From: an uncultured virus (IMG/VR IMGVR_UViG_3300034091_000431)
Taxonomy: Duplodnaviria > Heunggongvirae > Uroviricota > Caudoviricetes
Direction: 5' to 3' (one strand)
IMG/VR virus record: IMGVR_UViG_3300034091_000431
Length of the DNA: 58,768 nucleotides
Of the stretch, positions 35,836-45,424 are shown one piece after another. The translations under genes were made by a program, and so were the position numbers. A model generated the notes under the pieces. That model was not told the origin of the DNA and made no database searches. It saw only the letters and a list, made by a program, of their open reading frames with translations. Every line of letters starts with the position of its first letter. Within the stretch, counting starts at the first letter, position 1.

Positions 35836-35988
35836 TCAGAAGCGTACTCGACCGCCGTACGCGAGCAACACGGCGAGGAGCCCCGCGAAGAACATGATGC
35901 GCCCGAGCTCGATGACTTTCGGGTGCCCACTGAAGCAGTAGAGGACCGCTCCCAGAGCGCAGATGAACGGTGCCAGGTAGATGGTCAT
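35836..35988 (-). CDS. 50-aa two-TM membrane protein
   Basis: AGGAG RBS; MTIYLAPFICALGAVLY..ELGRIMFFAGLLAVLL. Confidence 0.65.
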   Translation of the reverse strand: MTIYLAPFICALGAVLYCFSGHPKVIELGRIMFFAGLLAVLLAYGGRVRF

Positions 35989-36102
35989 GGTTTGTCTCCT
36001 AGGAAAATTCACCGTCGGCCAGTGTTTCATGCCCACAACAGGACGAAGTACCCGGGGTGACGGGATCTCCCCGCCCACCATGCTGCACCGACGGTGAACT
36101 TT

Positions 36103-36594
36103 TCACGCCGCCCCCGGCGGCTTCTTCGGCGGCGGAGGCAGCGGGATCACGTCCTTGCCGGACAACGTGACCGCTTCTCTATCGACCGCGTTCGTCTTGG
36201 GTTGCGGAGGCGTCGCGATGAACGCGAGCCAGTTCACCCACTTCGGCGGCTGACCGTTCCAAGCAGCCTTGACGATCAGGGCCCAAAGACCGAGCGTCCA
36301 CACGGACGTCCGCAGACCGAGCAGGACCGCGTGCACCCAATCCATGTGCTTCTCGAAGTGGCTGGCAATGATCGCCTGGAACATGCTGGCGAGGAGAACG
36401 ACGACCGGCTTCCAAACGTTCTGGTTCCAGCTCGCTGGCATCTGGATCGGAAACTTCGAGTCCTGAGTGAGAATCTGCACAATCCAGCCGCTGAGGAGGA
36501 TCATGATCGGCCCCCACTTGGAGCCAACGGCGTCCTCGACGATCTGGAGGATGTAGGGGAGGAGCGTAGAGATGTTCAGCTGGAGGAGAATCAT
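36103..36594 (-). CDS. Holin-like multi-pass membrane protein
   Basis: Three to four hydrophobic segments, charged Pro-rich tail; coupled directly downstream of the endolysin. Confidence 0.6.
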   Translation of the reverse strand: MILLQLNISTLLPYILQIVEDAVGSKWGPIMILLSGWIVQILTQDSKFPIQMPASWNQNVWKPVVVLLASMFQAIIASHFEKHMDWVHAVLLGLRTSVWTLGLWALIVKAAWNGQPPKWVNWLAFIATPPQPKTNAVDREAVTLSGKDVIPLPPPPKKPPGAA

Positions 36595-37259
36595 GCGGCT
36601 GCGGCTCCAAAAATGGCGTTGTCCTTGAGAACGGTGTTGTAGTCGATCTTGACGCCCGCAATGACGCCAGCATCCTCTTGCTTCAGCGCGTAGCCGCGCG
36701 AGATCTTCGGTCGGAGGTCATACGGACCGGCGTCGCACCAGAACGCGACCTCGGGCAGCATGGCGTCGCAGTCTCCGCCGGAGAGACCACACAGATAACC
36801 GAGGTATGTCACCGGCCCGAACGGATTCCCGCCAACACCGAGAGCGACGAGGTTGACCCACGTCATCCCGTGCGCTGCACTGTTCGGGCCCGGGTTGCGG
36901 ACGCCTTCCATGTCACTCGAGAGCGACAGCGGAGGGCCGGCGACGACCGCGGGGTCGTACCCCGCAGCAAGTGCATTCGTCATCGCCCACTGCGCATCGC
37001 TCTTGCCTGTTTCAACCGAGAGGATGTTGTTCTCCGGCAGACGCGGGTGCTGCACGACGCAGACGATGAGATCCTCGCTCGTGCAGTCGATAAGCTCCTT
37101 GTTGTCGAGATCTTCAGCTCGCGGCTCGCCGTAGAAGACGTAGCGAAACACCGCATCGATCCCGGCAGCGCGCAGAGCTCTTGCCTGCGCACGACTGAGC
37201 TTCTCCCCCGTATCCACCACCTTCATGTTCTTGGTGAGCGGACGAGAGATGAGGCTCAC
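36591..37259 (-). CDS. DUF1906 (Rv2525c-like) glycoside hydrolase, probable endolysin
   Basis: VDT..LS.AQARALRAAG...VFRY..L...E..G..DA..A..; ends Q....GVKIDYN. Confidence 0.75.
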   Translation of the reverse strand: MSLISRPLTKNMKVVDTGEKLSRAQARALRAAGIDAVFRYVFYGEPRAEDLDNKELIDCTSEDLIVCVVQHPRLPENNILSVETGKSDAQWAMTNALAAGYDPAVVAGPPLSLSSDMEGVRNPGPNSAAHGMTWVNLVALGVGGNPFGPVTYLGYLCGLSGGDCDAMLPEVAFWCDAGPYDLRPKISRGYALKQEDAGVIAGVKIDYNTVLKDNAIFGAAAA

Positions 37260-37462
37260 GGCTGCCTCCCCTCTTCGGCCAGCTTCCGGCGCTTGGCGGC
37301 CAGCGCGAGGCCTCCCTTGCGTCCAGCCTCCCTAGCCTTCGAGCTCGTGAACTTGTACGCCTTGCCGGCGGCGTGCACCGCATGGCCGCCCTTGCGCGAG
37401 ATTTCCTCGAGCGCCGTGCGTTCCATGCTCGCGAACCCGGTGGTCTTCTTCGTCTCGTCCAT
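37256..37462 (-). CDS. KGG-repeat general stress protein-like
   Basis: GFASM...EISRKGG..H....FTSSKAREAGRKGG. Confidence 0.85.
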   Translation of the reverse strand: MDETKKTTGFASMERTALEEISRKGGHAVHAAGKAYKFTSSKAREAGRKGGLALAAKRRKLAEEGRQP

Positions 37463-37464
37463 GA

Positions 37465-37749
37465 CTACGCTCCCTTGATCGCGGTGATCGCGCCAGCGAC
37501 CCCCGTAACGGTTCCGGCGATGATCCCGAGCGGCGTCGCCCACTGCGCGATGGTGTTCAGGACCGAGAGGACCTCGTCGGCGATCGACTGCTCCCTCGCC
37601 CAGGACATCTTGCCTAGGGCTTCCAAATCCTGAATCTCCTGCTTCGCATCAGCGGGAGACAACGACAGGATGTTGCGCCACTGACGCTCCTGGATGCCAG
37701 AAACCTGCGCTAGACGCGCGTACTTATCGTCCAGTTCCTGGATCGTCAT
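37465..37749 (-). CDS. Small protein with hydrophobic C-terminal helix
   Basis: ATGA overlap; PLGIIAGTVTGVAGAITAI. Confidence 0.6.
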   Translation of the reverse strand: MTIQELDDKYARLAQVSGIQERQWRNILSLSPADAKQEIQDLEALGKMSWAREQSIADEVLSVLNTIAQWATPLGIIAGTVTGVAGAITAIKGA

Positions 37750-37991
37750 GGTCGACATGGCACACCAGAATCGACCGGATTGGCGTGCGCTGAGAGCTCG
37801 CGGGCGTTGGCGCAGTAACTTGTGAAAGTGAACGCACTAACGCGCGACGGCGTACATTCCCCGGCGTCGCTCGCGCACATGTCGAGCACCCTCGCCTCGT
37901 TCCTAACAGCGATCACATTCGCCTGCGTGTCGGCGTCGGTCCAGCTCGTGGCACAAGCAGGGAGTAGAAGCGCGAGAAGAGCTAGCCTCAT
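37746..37991 (-). CDS. Small Cys-rich lipoprotein
   Basis: MRLALLALLLPAC lipobox-like; four further Cys. Confidence 0.65.
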   Translation of the reverse strand: MRLALLALLLPACATSWTDADTQANVIAVRNEARVLDMCASDAGECTPSRVSAFTFTSYCANARELSAHANPVDSGVPCRP

Positions 37992-38069
37992 GCGAGCTCA
38001 AGTGTAACACGGTCGGACAGGTTGAATAGATGGCGCCGGTGCTACGTCCTACAGGCGAGGAGACCTCCC

Positions 38070-39005
38070 ATGACCGAATGCTTCCACTGCGAGATCGAGC
38101 TACCTGTAGGCGCCCCGCACCCCCCGTGGCGCTGCCTGAGCAACCTCGTGGGTATGCTCCACGCGGAACGCCAGAAGTCCAAGAACTTGAAGAACGCGAT
38201 CGAGCAGGCCGCCGAGCAGCTCCTCGACGGCATGAACGGCATCGAAGAGGACCTGCCGCAGGCCTTCGTGAAGCTGTCCAAGGGGCACGCTGCGGCCATG
38301 AAAACGCTCCTGGCGGTGCTGGCGATGGTGCTGGCGATGGTGCTGGTCGGGTGCGGAGGGTCGGCGTTCTCGGTGGGCGAAGGGGACGATGGGGGCGGGG
38401 ATGTCGTCGTTCGGGGGGATGGGGATGATGCGGGGATGCACGTGGTCGTGCCGGAGGCGGGGACGGAGGCCGGCGAGGCAGAAACGTCGCCGCCAGACGC
38501 TACACCTGAAGCGACGCCGCAAGAAGCTGCCGCCACATCGTGTACCTGCGGCGATGCGAGCTCCTGCTTCTATTCGGCGTCCGAACCTGCATCCGGTTAC
38601 GGGACACCATATCCGGTGACAACGGTTGTGCTGACACCGAGCGCCCCAGGCGCCACGTTCACCGCCTCCGTTGAAGCCATTCCGCAGCCGTACCATAATT
38701 CTGCGTGGTACGACCTCGACCTTAGCGCCTTCGCCAACGGCGGAACCCTATACATCAACGGTCAAGTCGGAGACGGCAGCAGTACCGTGTCCTCGTATCT
38801 ACTCGCACAGTGCGTGACCATGCCGCCATCCGGTTCAACTCCGTCCCTAGAAATCAACGGGGGCGTGATTGACGGCGCCTGGACGTTCCCTAGCTACCAA
38901 TTCCCCGCCGGCACGACCGTGCTCCACTTCGGCACCGAGGGTAGCTGGGGGAATGTGGCTAATGCCGTGAACACGAACAAGGTCACGGTTCTAGTGCAAC
39001 CGTAA
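38070..39005 (+). CDS. Lipoprotein copy 2 (signal from 38298), fused in frame to a 76-aa CxxC/coiled-coil N-terminal segment
   Basis: GAGGAG RBS before MTECFHC; internal MKTLLAVLAMVLAMVLVGCGGSAFS; C-terminal domain paralogous to 30195-30962. Confidence 0.75.
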   Translation: MTECFHCEIELPVGAPHPPWRCLSNLVGMLHAERQKSKNLKNAIEQAAEQLLDGMNGIEEDLPQAFVKLSKGHAAAMKTLLAVLAMVLAMVLVGCGGSAFSVGEGDDGGGDVVVRGDGDDAGMHVVVPEAGTEAGEAETSPPDATPEATPQEAAATSCTCGDASSCFYSASEPASGYGTPYPVTTVVLTPSAPGATFTASVEAIPQPYHNSAWYDLDLSAFANGGTLYINGQVGDGSSTVSSYLLAQCVTMPPSGSTPSLEINGGVIDGAWTFPSYQFPAGTTVLHFGTEGSWGNVANAVNTNKVTVLVQP

Positions 39006-39010
39006 GCTGC

Positions 39011-39544
39011 TCAGCCGACTCTGGTACACCACACGGGCCAATGCTTTCCATCGCCTGGGTACCTGATCCCGCTGAACACCTCGACCCGCTTGAAAGTCTC
39101 GCTCACCGCCTCGATCACGCCGGAGAGTAAGAAATCGTGTCCGGCGATGATGCCGCCGGGTTTGACCTTGGGAAGCCACGCGTCGATATCGCCTCGGACG
39201 GACGGATAGGAATGATCTGCGTCGATAAAGGCTGCACCAAGCGAAGCGTCGGCATACTTGGCGGCCACCTTCACTGACTCGCCCACGTGTATCTCACCGA
39301 GTAGATGCTTGACCGGAGCCAGGTACGACGTTCCGATCAGAGCGATGTCCACCGTGTCGACCAAGTCGAGCCGGCAATTCAACTTGTTGGCATTGTGGAG
39401 CTCCACCAAGAGACACGCAGCGGACTGCCCGCTGTAGACTCCAACCTCGACCAAGCGTTCGCCGTCAGGTAGCTCACGCGCGAGCCAGGCGTAGAAGTCC
39501 GGGAAAGTGAAGTAGCCTGGAACTCCCTGCCAAAAATGCTCCAT
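39011..39544 (-). CDS. Class I SAM methyltransferase (Methyltransf_24-like)
   Basis: VEVGVYSGQS, FIDADHSY, WLPKVKPGGIIAGHD. Confidence 0.9.
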   Translation of the reverse strand: MEHFWQGVPGYFTFPDFYAWLARELPDGERLVEVGVYSGQSAACLLVELHNANKLNCRLDLVDTVDIALIGTSYLAPVKHLLGEIHVGESVKVAAKYADASLGAAFIDADHSYPSVRGDIDAWLPKVKPGGIIAGHDFLLSGVIEAVSETFKRVEVFSGIRYPGDGKHWPVWCTRVG

Positions 39545-40110
39545 CACGGTCTCCATTCTCGGTTACGAAAGAACGTCAAGGTACGACGCCCCCACGTCTC
39601 CCCCTTACTTGTCGCACGCAGTTTCGCTGTCTCCTCTGGCACGTGATCAAAGCCAGCCGTGCTGAACCGTTCCAACCAGAACGCTTCATCACGCTCGCAC
39701 ACGTGGTGATGCCCACCCTGCCCGGGCGTCGCGAACGTGATGCAAGCGTACTGACAAGCCTGGAGCGCTCGCATCCAGTTGGAGATGAACTGCTCCTCGA
39801 CGTGCTCGACGAATTCAGAGGACCACCCGAAGCTGTATCGATCTCGCGGCTCCCACGGACCTGTCGTGAAGTCGTGAGAGATGATGGGATCGCAGCAGCG
39901 CGCCGCTAAAGCTCCAGGATCCCCCTCGATGCCGAGCGCATGTACGCCATGATCCAGAAACCATTGCGTGGTCCAGCCGGCTCCACAACCGATGTCGAGC
40001 ATGCTCTTGATGCCGTACTCCACGATCAAACGCTCCCAGATGTCGGGCATCCACGTGAAGGCATCCGCATGCGAGAGTGAAGCGCCACCGAGATGGGGAG
40101 GGGTCGTCAT
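39544..40110 (-). CDS. Class I SAM methyltransferase
   Basis: MLDIGCGAG, EFVEHVEE, ATPGQGGHHHV. Confidence 0.85.
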   Translation of the reverse strand: MTTPPHLGGASLSHADAFTWMPDIWERLIVEYGIKSMLDIGCGAGWTTQWFLDHGVHALGIEGDPGALAARCCDPIISHDFTTGPWEPRDRYSFGWSSEFVEHVEEQFISNWMRALQACQYACITFATPGQGGHHHVCERDEAFWLERFSTAGFDHVPEETAKLRATSKGETWGRRTLTFFRNREWRP

Positions 40111-40904
40111 GTGCCGATCAGTTCGCAAAGCATACGCACATGTGCATCGTTTGGGAACCACTCGCGGCGTTTGAGAATTCTGTCCCGCTGCACACCGCCA
40201 ACCTGCCGAAGACTTTCGCGATCCGCATCCGACAGTGAGCCGTAAACAGTCGGGTTGAGCGCTCGAATCATCGCCATGAGATGTCCGTGGTTGCCGCAGG
40301 CGCTGCCGCCGTTGTCCTCGTGCCGCCTGTAAAAGTAGAGCAGCTCCTGGATCACGTGCACGTGCGGGTTGAACTGGGAACACTTGGCCCAGAACTCCCA
40401 GTCCTCGTAACAGGGGAGCGCGTTCTCGAAACCGCCTGACCTCTCCCAAAGTTCTCGATCGAATAGAGCCATCGCCGGAAGCACGTTGTGGTGCCAGTGC
40501 GCGAGCATGTGAACCGTTATCTCCCCGATCTCCCACGTGCTCGTTTCGGTCCCGAACTTTTGCAGCTGCGCACTGATGATGTTGTGTCCACGCTCCATCC
40601 TCGCGAGCGCCTTACTCAGGAACTCGGCACCGATCTTGTCGTCGGCATCGAGCGTGACAATCCACGGACTATGAGCTGCCTCAATCGCGACGTTTCGCGC
40701 GTTCGCGTTCCCCTTCGCGCCATCGTCAATGACTCGGATCCGGGGCTCGTGAGAGTACGAATTAGCGACCGAGCGGCACCCCTCGTCACCAGCTGCGACA
40801 ATAATCTCCCAATCCCTAAACGTTTGACCCAACACACTGTTGATCGCGTCGCCCAGAAACGCTGCCTGACGGAAGGCTGGAATGACGACGGATATGTACG
40901 GCAT
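40107..40904 (-). CDS. GT2 glycosyltransferase
   Basis: ISVVIPAF, ARNVAI, LDADD, EDWEFW. Confidence 0.9.
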   Translation of the reverse strand: MPYISVVIPAFRQAAFLGDAINSVLGQTFRDWEIIVAAGDEGCRSVANSYSHEPRIRVIDDGAKGNANARNVAIEAAHSPWIVTLDADDKIGAEFLSKALARMERGHNIISAQLQKFGTETSTWEIGEITVHMLAHWHHNVLPAMALFDRELWERSGGFENALPCYEDWEFWAKCSQFNPHVHVIQELLYFYRRHEDNGGSACGNHGHLMAMIRALNPTVYGSLSDADRESLRQVGGVQRDRILKRREWFPNDAHVRMLCELIGT

Positions 40905-40908
40905 CTCT

Positions 40909-41523
40909 TTACTCAGGTATTCCCGTGTTATGTTGACCGACGAGACGAGGAAGAACCGTATAGACCTTCAGCTTCGGGTAAGAGTGCAACATCAAACTAA
41001 TATCGACCGGCGCATAGGTGCCGACCTCGTCTTGCGTCTTCATGAGGACCGGTAACGCCTTACGAGCAAGCACCATCGCGTGCGTGCAGAGTGGGTAGCG
41101 TACGTCCCATACATCGCCCTGAACGAACGTTTTTGGTTTGCCCTGCGTGCAGCAGCTGCCAATCAAGAGCACGTCAAAGTCGCCTGGCGTATCTCTGAGC
41201 GCAACATCGAATCGTGCACGCCAGTCCGCAGGCAGCTCTGCATCGTCTTCCAAAACGAGCACGTGCTCATCTGGCCAACATGCGAGCATCGCCCAAAGAG
41301 CCCGGTGAGACAGCCAGCAGCCCGTCGGCATTTCTCCCATGCACCAGTCGTTGTCCGGGCGATCGATGGTGTACGGTTTTCGTGTAGTTACCCCAAGTCG
41401 GCTCGCATGTAGACCGTGGAAAAATTGCGCCTCGATACCGCGCTCCGCAAAGTGTTGGCGCGTCTGCAACGGACCTCTTTCCCCGTACGAGTCATCCGCG
41501 ACTGTGATGCAAACCGTTTTCAT
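40909..41523 (-). CDS. GT25-family glycosyltransferase
   Basis: GCWLSHRALW, LVLEDDA, CTHAM, PVD. Confidence 0.85.
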   Translation of the reverse strand: MKTVCITVADDSYGERGPLQTRQHFAERGIEAQFFHGLHASRLGVTTRKPYTIDRPDNDWCMGEMPTGCWLSHRALWAMLACWPDEHVLVLEDDAELPADWRARFDVALRDTPGDFDVLLIGSCCTQGKPKTFVQGDVWDVRYPLCTHAMVLARKALPVLMKTQDEVGTYAPVDISLMLHSYPKLKVYTVLPRLVGQHNTGIPE

Positions 41524-42146
41524 TCCGGCAGCCCCGGCAAATCGACCTGCCCCACGATCCGAGGGAGCACCGTCAGCGCACGCATGGTCGGCAACGAGTA
41601 AAAGTACGTGGAGATGTCCATATGGGTGTGGGCTTTGACGGCATCCTGCGTAGAGATGAGGCGCCTAAGCACGCGGTGACCGTTCACCACGTAAGCGTGC
41701 ATGCACATCGGATAACGCACCTCCCAAACCTGGCCTCGGACATGTTCTTTTGGCTTGTCGGTAGTACAACATGACCCAACGTAGAGGAGGTCGAAGTCTC
41801 CCGCGTCGACCATGGCCTGCTCGACACGCGGGCGCCAGTCTTCTGGAAAATTCGCGTCGTCCTCGAGCAAGAAGAACCGATCATCGGGGAGTAGTAAACA
41901 TGCCGCCCAAAGCGCACGCTGCGACAACCAATTACCAAGCCGGCGCGTATCCATCACCGAACTGGTATTTTCGTCAAACGGTGCGGTCGCAACGATTCCA
42001 GCACGTGGAGCGTCGATGCCGTAGAAAAAATCAGCTTCGAGCCCTCGCTCGACAAAGTGCGCGTGGGCCCTGTCTCTGGATCGCATCAATCCGGGCTGCC
42101 AGACAGACTCGTACGGGATGCTGGTCGTCAGACAGATCGTTTTCAT
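41520..42146 (-). CDS. GT25-family glycosyltransferase (tandem paralogue)
   Basis: GNWLSQRALW, LLEDDA, shared GSCC..KPK..V.G.VW.VRYP.C.HA. Confidence 0.85.
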   Translation of the reverse strand: MKTICLTTSIPYESVWQPGLMRSRDRAHAHFVERGLEADFFYGIDAPRAGIVATAPFDENTSSVMDTRRLGNWLSQRALWAACLLLPDDRFFLLEDDANFPEDWRPRVEQAMVDAGDFDLLYVGSCCTTDKPKEHVRGQVWEVRYPMCMHAYVVNGHRVLRRLISTQDAVKAHTHMDISTYFYSLPTMRALTVLPRIVGQVDLPGLPE

Positions 42147-42772
42147 GCCGGCAACCGATACACGCCCCATTTACCGTACGTCTCGACAAGACGAGCGCCC
42201 AACTCGAGCAACTTCTGCTGAGCCTTGACAGTGCTTGGCCAATCGATGTCATCCATCACCCATATGCCGCCGGGCACCACCTTTGGAATGAAGGCATCGA
42301 TTTCCGCGCAAGACACCGCGGGCGAGTGATTGCTGTCCTGATGCAGGATGTCGATCGACCCATCCGCGTACCTCGACACGGAATCAAGTGATTTAGAACG
42401 CAGAATGGTTGCGTGCCGGCTGACCCCATACTTTTCGAGTGAATCGGTGGCACTCCGCAGAATCTTCTCGTAGTCAATATTTCGCCAGTACTCGATGTGG
42501 CTTGGATCCATCTCAGATTCAAGCGCCGCATCGACCGTGTACGCATCAATTCCCTCGACTCGGCCTCGTCCGGCAGACGCGCAGCCTAGCGCCATAGCGA
42601 GCAATGACCGACCACCGAAGACTCCGAGTTCGACACCAAGACGCGGACAGTGCTCTGCGCATAGCTGCACCAGTCTCACGGCCTTCTCGACCGTGCACCA
42701 ACCATCCATTAGCGGCGAAGCCGACGGTCCCATCGCCTGGTCGATGACAGAGTAAGCGTGCTTGAAATTCAT
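42143..42772 (-). CDS. Class I SAM methyltransferase (Methyltransf_24-like)
   Basis: GWCT..KA, VELGVFGGRS, ILHQDSNHS, PGGIWVMDD. Confidence 0.85.
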   Translation of the reverse strand: MNFKHAYSVIDQAMGPSASPLMDGWCTVEKAVRLVQLCAEHCPRLGVELGVFGGRSLLAMALGCASAGRGRVEGIDAYTVDAALESEMDPSHIEYWRNIDYEKILRSATDSLEKYGVSRHATILRSKSLDSVSRYADGSIDILHQDSNHSPAVSCAEIDAFIPKVVPGGIWVMDDIDWPSTVKAQQKLLELGARLVETYGKWGVYRLPA

Positions 42773-42960
42773 TGGCGTTCGCCCTTCCCCGATCTCAGTA
42801 TCGACAGCTCCTTTTCGATGCCGGCGACCCGAACGATCTCTGCGGCCGGCGTTCCGAGACGCTTGGCTGCCTTCATGAGCAGCTTCTTCTGGTTGATCGT
42901 CAACCGCACGAGCACCCGCTCGCTCAACTTGTCCTTGAGAAGCTTCGGCGGGCGACCCAC
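42769..42960 (-). CDS. Ribbon-helix-helix DNA-binding protein
   Basis: MGRPPK..VLVRLT..QKKLL..AA..LG...AEIVR. Confidence 0.7.
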   Translation of the reverse strand: MGRPPKLLKDKLSERVLVRLTINQKKLLMKAAKRLGTPAAEIVRVAGIEKELSILRSGKGERQ

Positions 42961-42978
42961 GAATTGCGAGACTACTCG

Positions 42979-44934
42979 TTACGGCTTGCAAAGCAAGCCT
43001 TCGACCTCTCCAACGTCCACCCTCAGAATCCACGCCTGCTTGTCTTCGATGCCGAAGGACACCACAATCTTACCGTCGTCAACGACCAATCCCGCCGCGA
43101 ACTCAATTCCGTAGTGGTCGAACACAAACGCCGGCGAGACGGCCGTCACGTTGAACCGTTCGTCGAGCCGCACGAACCGATGGAGGTAGATGCGCCCGTC
43201 GACCTCGTCGACCACCTCGTGCGTGATGCACAAGTACCCATCCTCGAACTCCGTGACCGCGCCGCCACGCAGGTGCTCCAGCCGGAACGGGCAGCTTCGC
43301 TTGATGCCGATCGGCAAGATGACCGTGGGATCGAGCGAATAAATCCACACGAGCTTCCCGTCCTTCGAGAAGGGCATCCAGTTCTTTTCATGCTTTTGAA
43401 AGCTGGGCTGAAACCTCGCACGCGCGACGTCTCCTCCCTTGAACTGGAGCGACGCGATCCTTACGCCTTCCGAGTATTTGGTTCCGCACACGGTGGAGCT
43501 CCCAACAAGCTTCCCACCCACCGATGCGAGGCGAACGTCCTCGTACCCGAACGGCTTCTGGTAGCGCGCATCAAGGTCCTTCATCCTCCTCATCCCCGTG
43601 AGCCGTCCATCCCTCTTGAACCGACCCAGGTAGTTCTCCGTCCGCGTGATGCCGTCCTTGTCGAGAATGCCGTACCGGCGACCCTTCACCCAGTAGTTGA
43701 CCGTCCGGACGACGCACCAGAGCTCCCCGTCGTGCACGCAGATGCTCGGGTTCATCGCGCGCCTGTTCTTCTTGGGCGGCTTGAAGTCGAGCGGGGTGAA
43801 GCGCGCGCTTGGACACATCTTGCCGATCGCGTCCGGCCGAAGGAGCTGCCTCGCTTCCTCGCACCGCGCGAGCGGCGCCTCTCGCGAGACGCTCAGTCGA
43901 TCGAGCTCGGCAGCGCTCGAAACACCCAGCCGCGCGTGCTGCGCGGCCTGGTAGTCAAGGTCCGCCTTCTCGCGCCCTTCCTTGTCCGGCAGCGCAAATC
44001 TCAGTACATCGTACGGCAACTCAAACAAGGCCGGCGGGTGCCGAAAGAAGCTCCGCGGCTTTCCGCAACCGTTGTGCATCCCGACGGCTTCCGCCATCCG
44101 TGCCCACGCCACCGCCTCCTCGTTCCGGCCGAGCTTGTGCGCCACGACGGCTGCCATCCACGCGCACTCGGCGAGCGGACTCGATCCCATCCCCTTCGCG
44201 GCGACGGCGATCGCTTCATCGTGTCGTCCGAGACGATAGAGCTGGTCCGCCTGCCGGTAGGCTGCCCACGCCGCCTCGTCGCCGACCCTCCGGAGGTCCG
44301 CGCAGCGCCTGTAGGCTTCCACCGCGCGAGCGTGCTTGCCGACGCCCTCGAGCGACTGCCCGAGGTAAAACCACCACCTCGGGTCGTCGCGTTCGGCCGC
44401 GTAGTCAGTCAGGATGCCGACGTCGCGATCGCACTTCTCTGCGAGCTCCATCTTCGACTTGGGGAGCTCGTCGAAGACAACGCCGGCGAGCTTCTCGCGG
44501 AGACGCCCCCCGACGAGGACCTCGTGCGTCGGCCCTTCGAACCAAACTTTGGCGGCGGCGCGTACGATCTTCGGCTTCTCGTAGGTGCCCTCGACCGACT
44601 CGAGCGAGAGCACGTCAGCCCGCGTCTTCTTGAGAGCCGACCGCAGGTCCACGGAGCCGAAGTCGAAGCGTTCGTCAGAGTCGACGATGACGATCCACTT
44701 GGCTCCGAGCGAGCGCGCCTCGTCGAGCGCGGCATTGCGGGCGGTCGAGAAGTCCACCCACTCGTGCTCCGCGACGAGGAGCTTCTCGCCCGCGACCTTC
44801 TTCGCGTACCGGATCGTCTTGTCTTCGATCCCGGTGTCGACGAGAAGAACACGGTCGACGTGCGGCGCTACGCTCCCGAGCGCGTCAGCAATCTCAGCCT
44901 CGCGGCTGTTTGACAGCGTGACGCTGACGATCAC
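42979..44934 (-). CDS. GT2 + TPR + beta-propeller glycosidase-like fusion
   Basis: GT2 motifs (VDTG, DFSTARN, DSDE); TPR; C-terminal NPSI, GYEDVRL, EKNWMPF, IEFAAGL, SFGIED. Confidence 0.85.
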   Translation of the reverse strand: MIVSVTLSNSREAEIADALGSVAPHVDRVLLVDTGIEDKTIRYAKKVAGEKLLVAEHEWVDFSTARNAALDEARSLGAKWIVIVDSDERFDFGSVDLRSALKKTRADVLSLESVEGTYEKPKIVRAAAKVWFEGPTHEVLVGGRLREKLAGVVFDELPKSKMELAEKCDRDVGILTDYAAERDDPRWWFYLGQSLEGVGKHARAVEAYRRCADLRRVGDEAAWAAYRQADQLYRLGRHDEAIAVAAKGMGSSPLAECAWMAAVVAHKLGRNEEAVAWARMAEAVGMHNGCGKPRSFFRHPPALFELPYDVLRFALPDKEGREKADLDYQAAQHARLGVSSAAELDRLSVSREAPLARCEEARQLLRPDAIGKMCPSARFTPLDFKPPKKNRRAMNPSICVHDGELWCVVRTVNYWVKGRRYGILDKDGITRTENYLGRFKRDGRLTGMRRMKDLDARYQKPFGYEDVRLASVGGKLVGSSTVCGTKYSEGVRIASLQFKGGDVARARFQPSFQKHEKNWMPFSKDGKLVWIYSLDPTVILPIGIKRSCPFRLEHLRGGAVTEFEDGYLCITHEVVDEVDGRIYLHRFVRLDERFNVTAVSPAFVFDHYGIEFAAGLVVDDGKIVVSFGIEDKQAWILRVDVGEVEGLLCKP

Positions 44935-44937
44935 GGC

Positions 44938-45144
44938 CTACGCCGTGGGACCGCGCGATCGGAGACTGATGGCCTGGTCGCGAGGGCGCGAAGCGTTCCG
45001 CCAGCCCGAGAAGCCGGTGTCGTAGGCGTGGTGCACGGGACTCGCCGCGCGCCTCTCGCGGTAGAGCGCGAGGTCCAGGATGGAGCGAGGCGCCGTGAGG
45101 GGGTTGCCCGTCTTTGCCCGCAAATTTTTGAGCTTCCGCCTCAT
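44938..45144 (-). CDS. Small basic hypothetical protein
   Basis: Fills the gap in the minus-strand run. Confidence 0.4.
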   Translation of the reverse strand: MRRKLKNLRAKTGNPLTAPRSILDLALYRERRAASPVHHAYDTGFSGWRNASRPRDQAISLRSRGPTA

Positions 45145-45151
45145 GATCGAA

Positions 45152-45424
45152 TCAACCTTTCGGATCGCCCAGCAGGGCTAATAGTACCCCATCCGCAGCC
45201 ATCGCGAGAAAACTTGTCGCGCAGCCGACCACGAGCGCGTCCACGACGCGCCCATGGCCGGTCGTCACAAGGCCGCCTGCCCCTGCCGCGATACCGACCC
45301 AGGTCCCCGTACACTGGCTGCATCCGAGAAGTGCCGGGTAGAGTTTCTGGATCGGCCGGAAGAGGGTCGAGCGCGAGACGATGAGCGTCGCGCCGATGCA
45401 GGCGGAGAGGAGGAGGAAGAGCAT
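45152..45424 (-). CDS. DUF1360-like small membrane protein
   Basis: T.IVSRSTLFRP.....LLGCSQCTGTWVG; three hydrophobic segments. Confidence 0.65.
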   Translation of the reverse strand: MLFLLLSACIGATLIVSRSTLFRPIQKLYPALLGCSQCTGTWVGIAAGAGGLVTTGHGRVVDALVVGCATSFLAMAADGVLLALLGDPKG

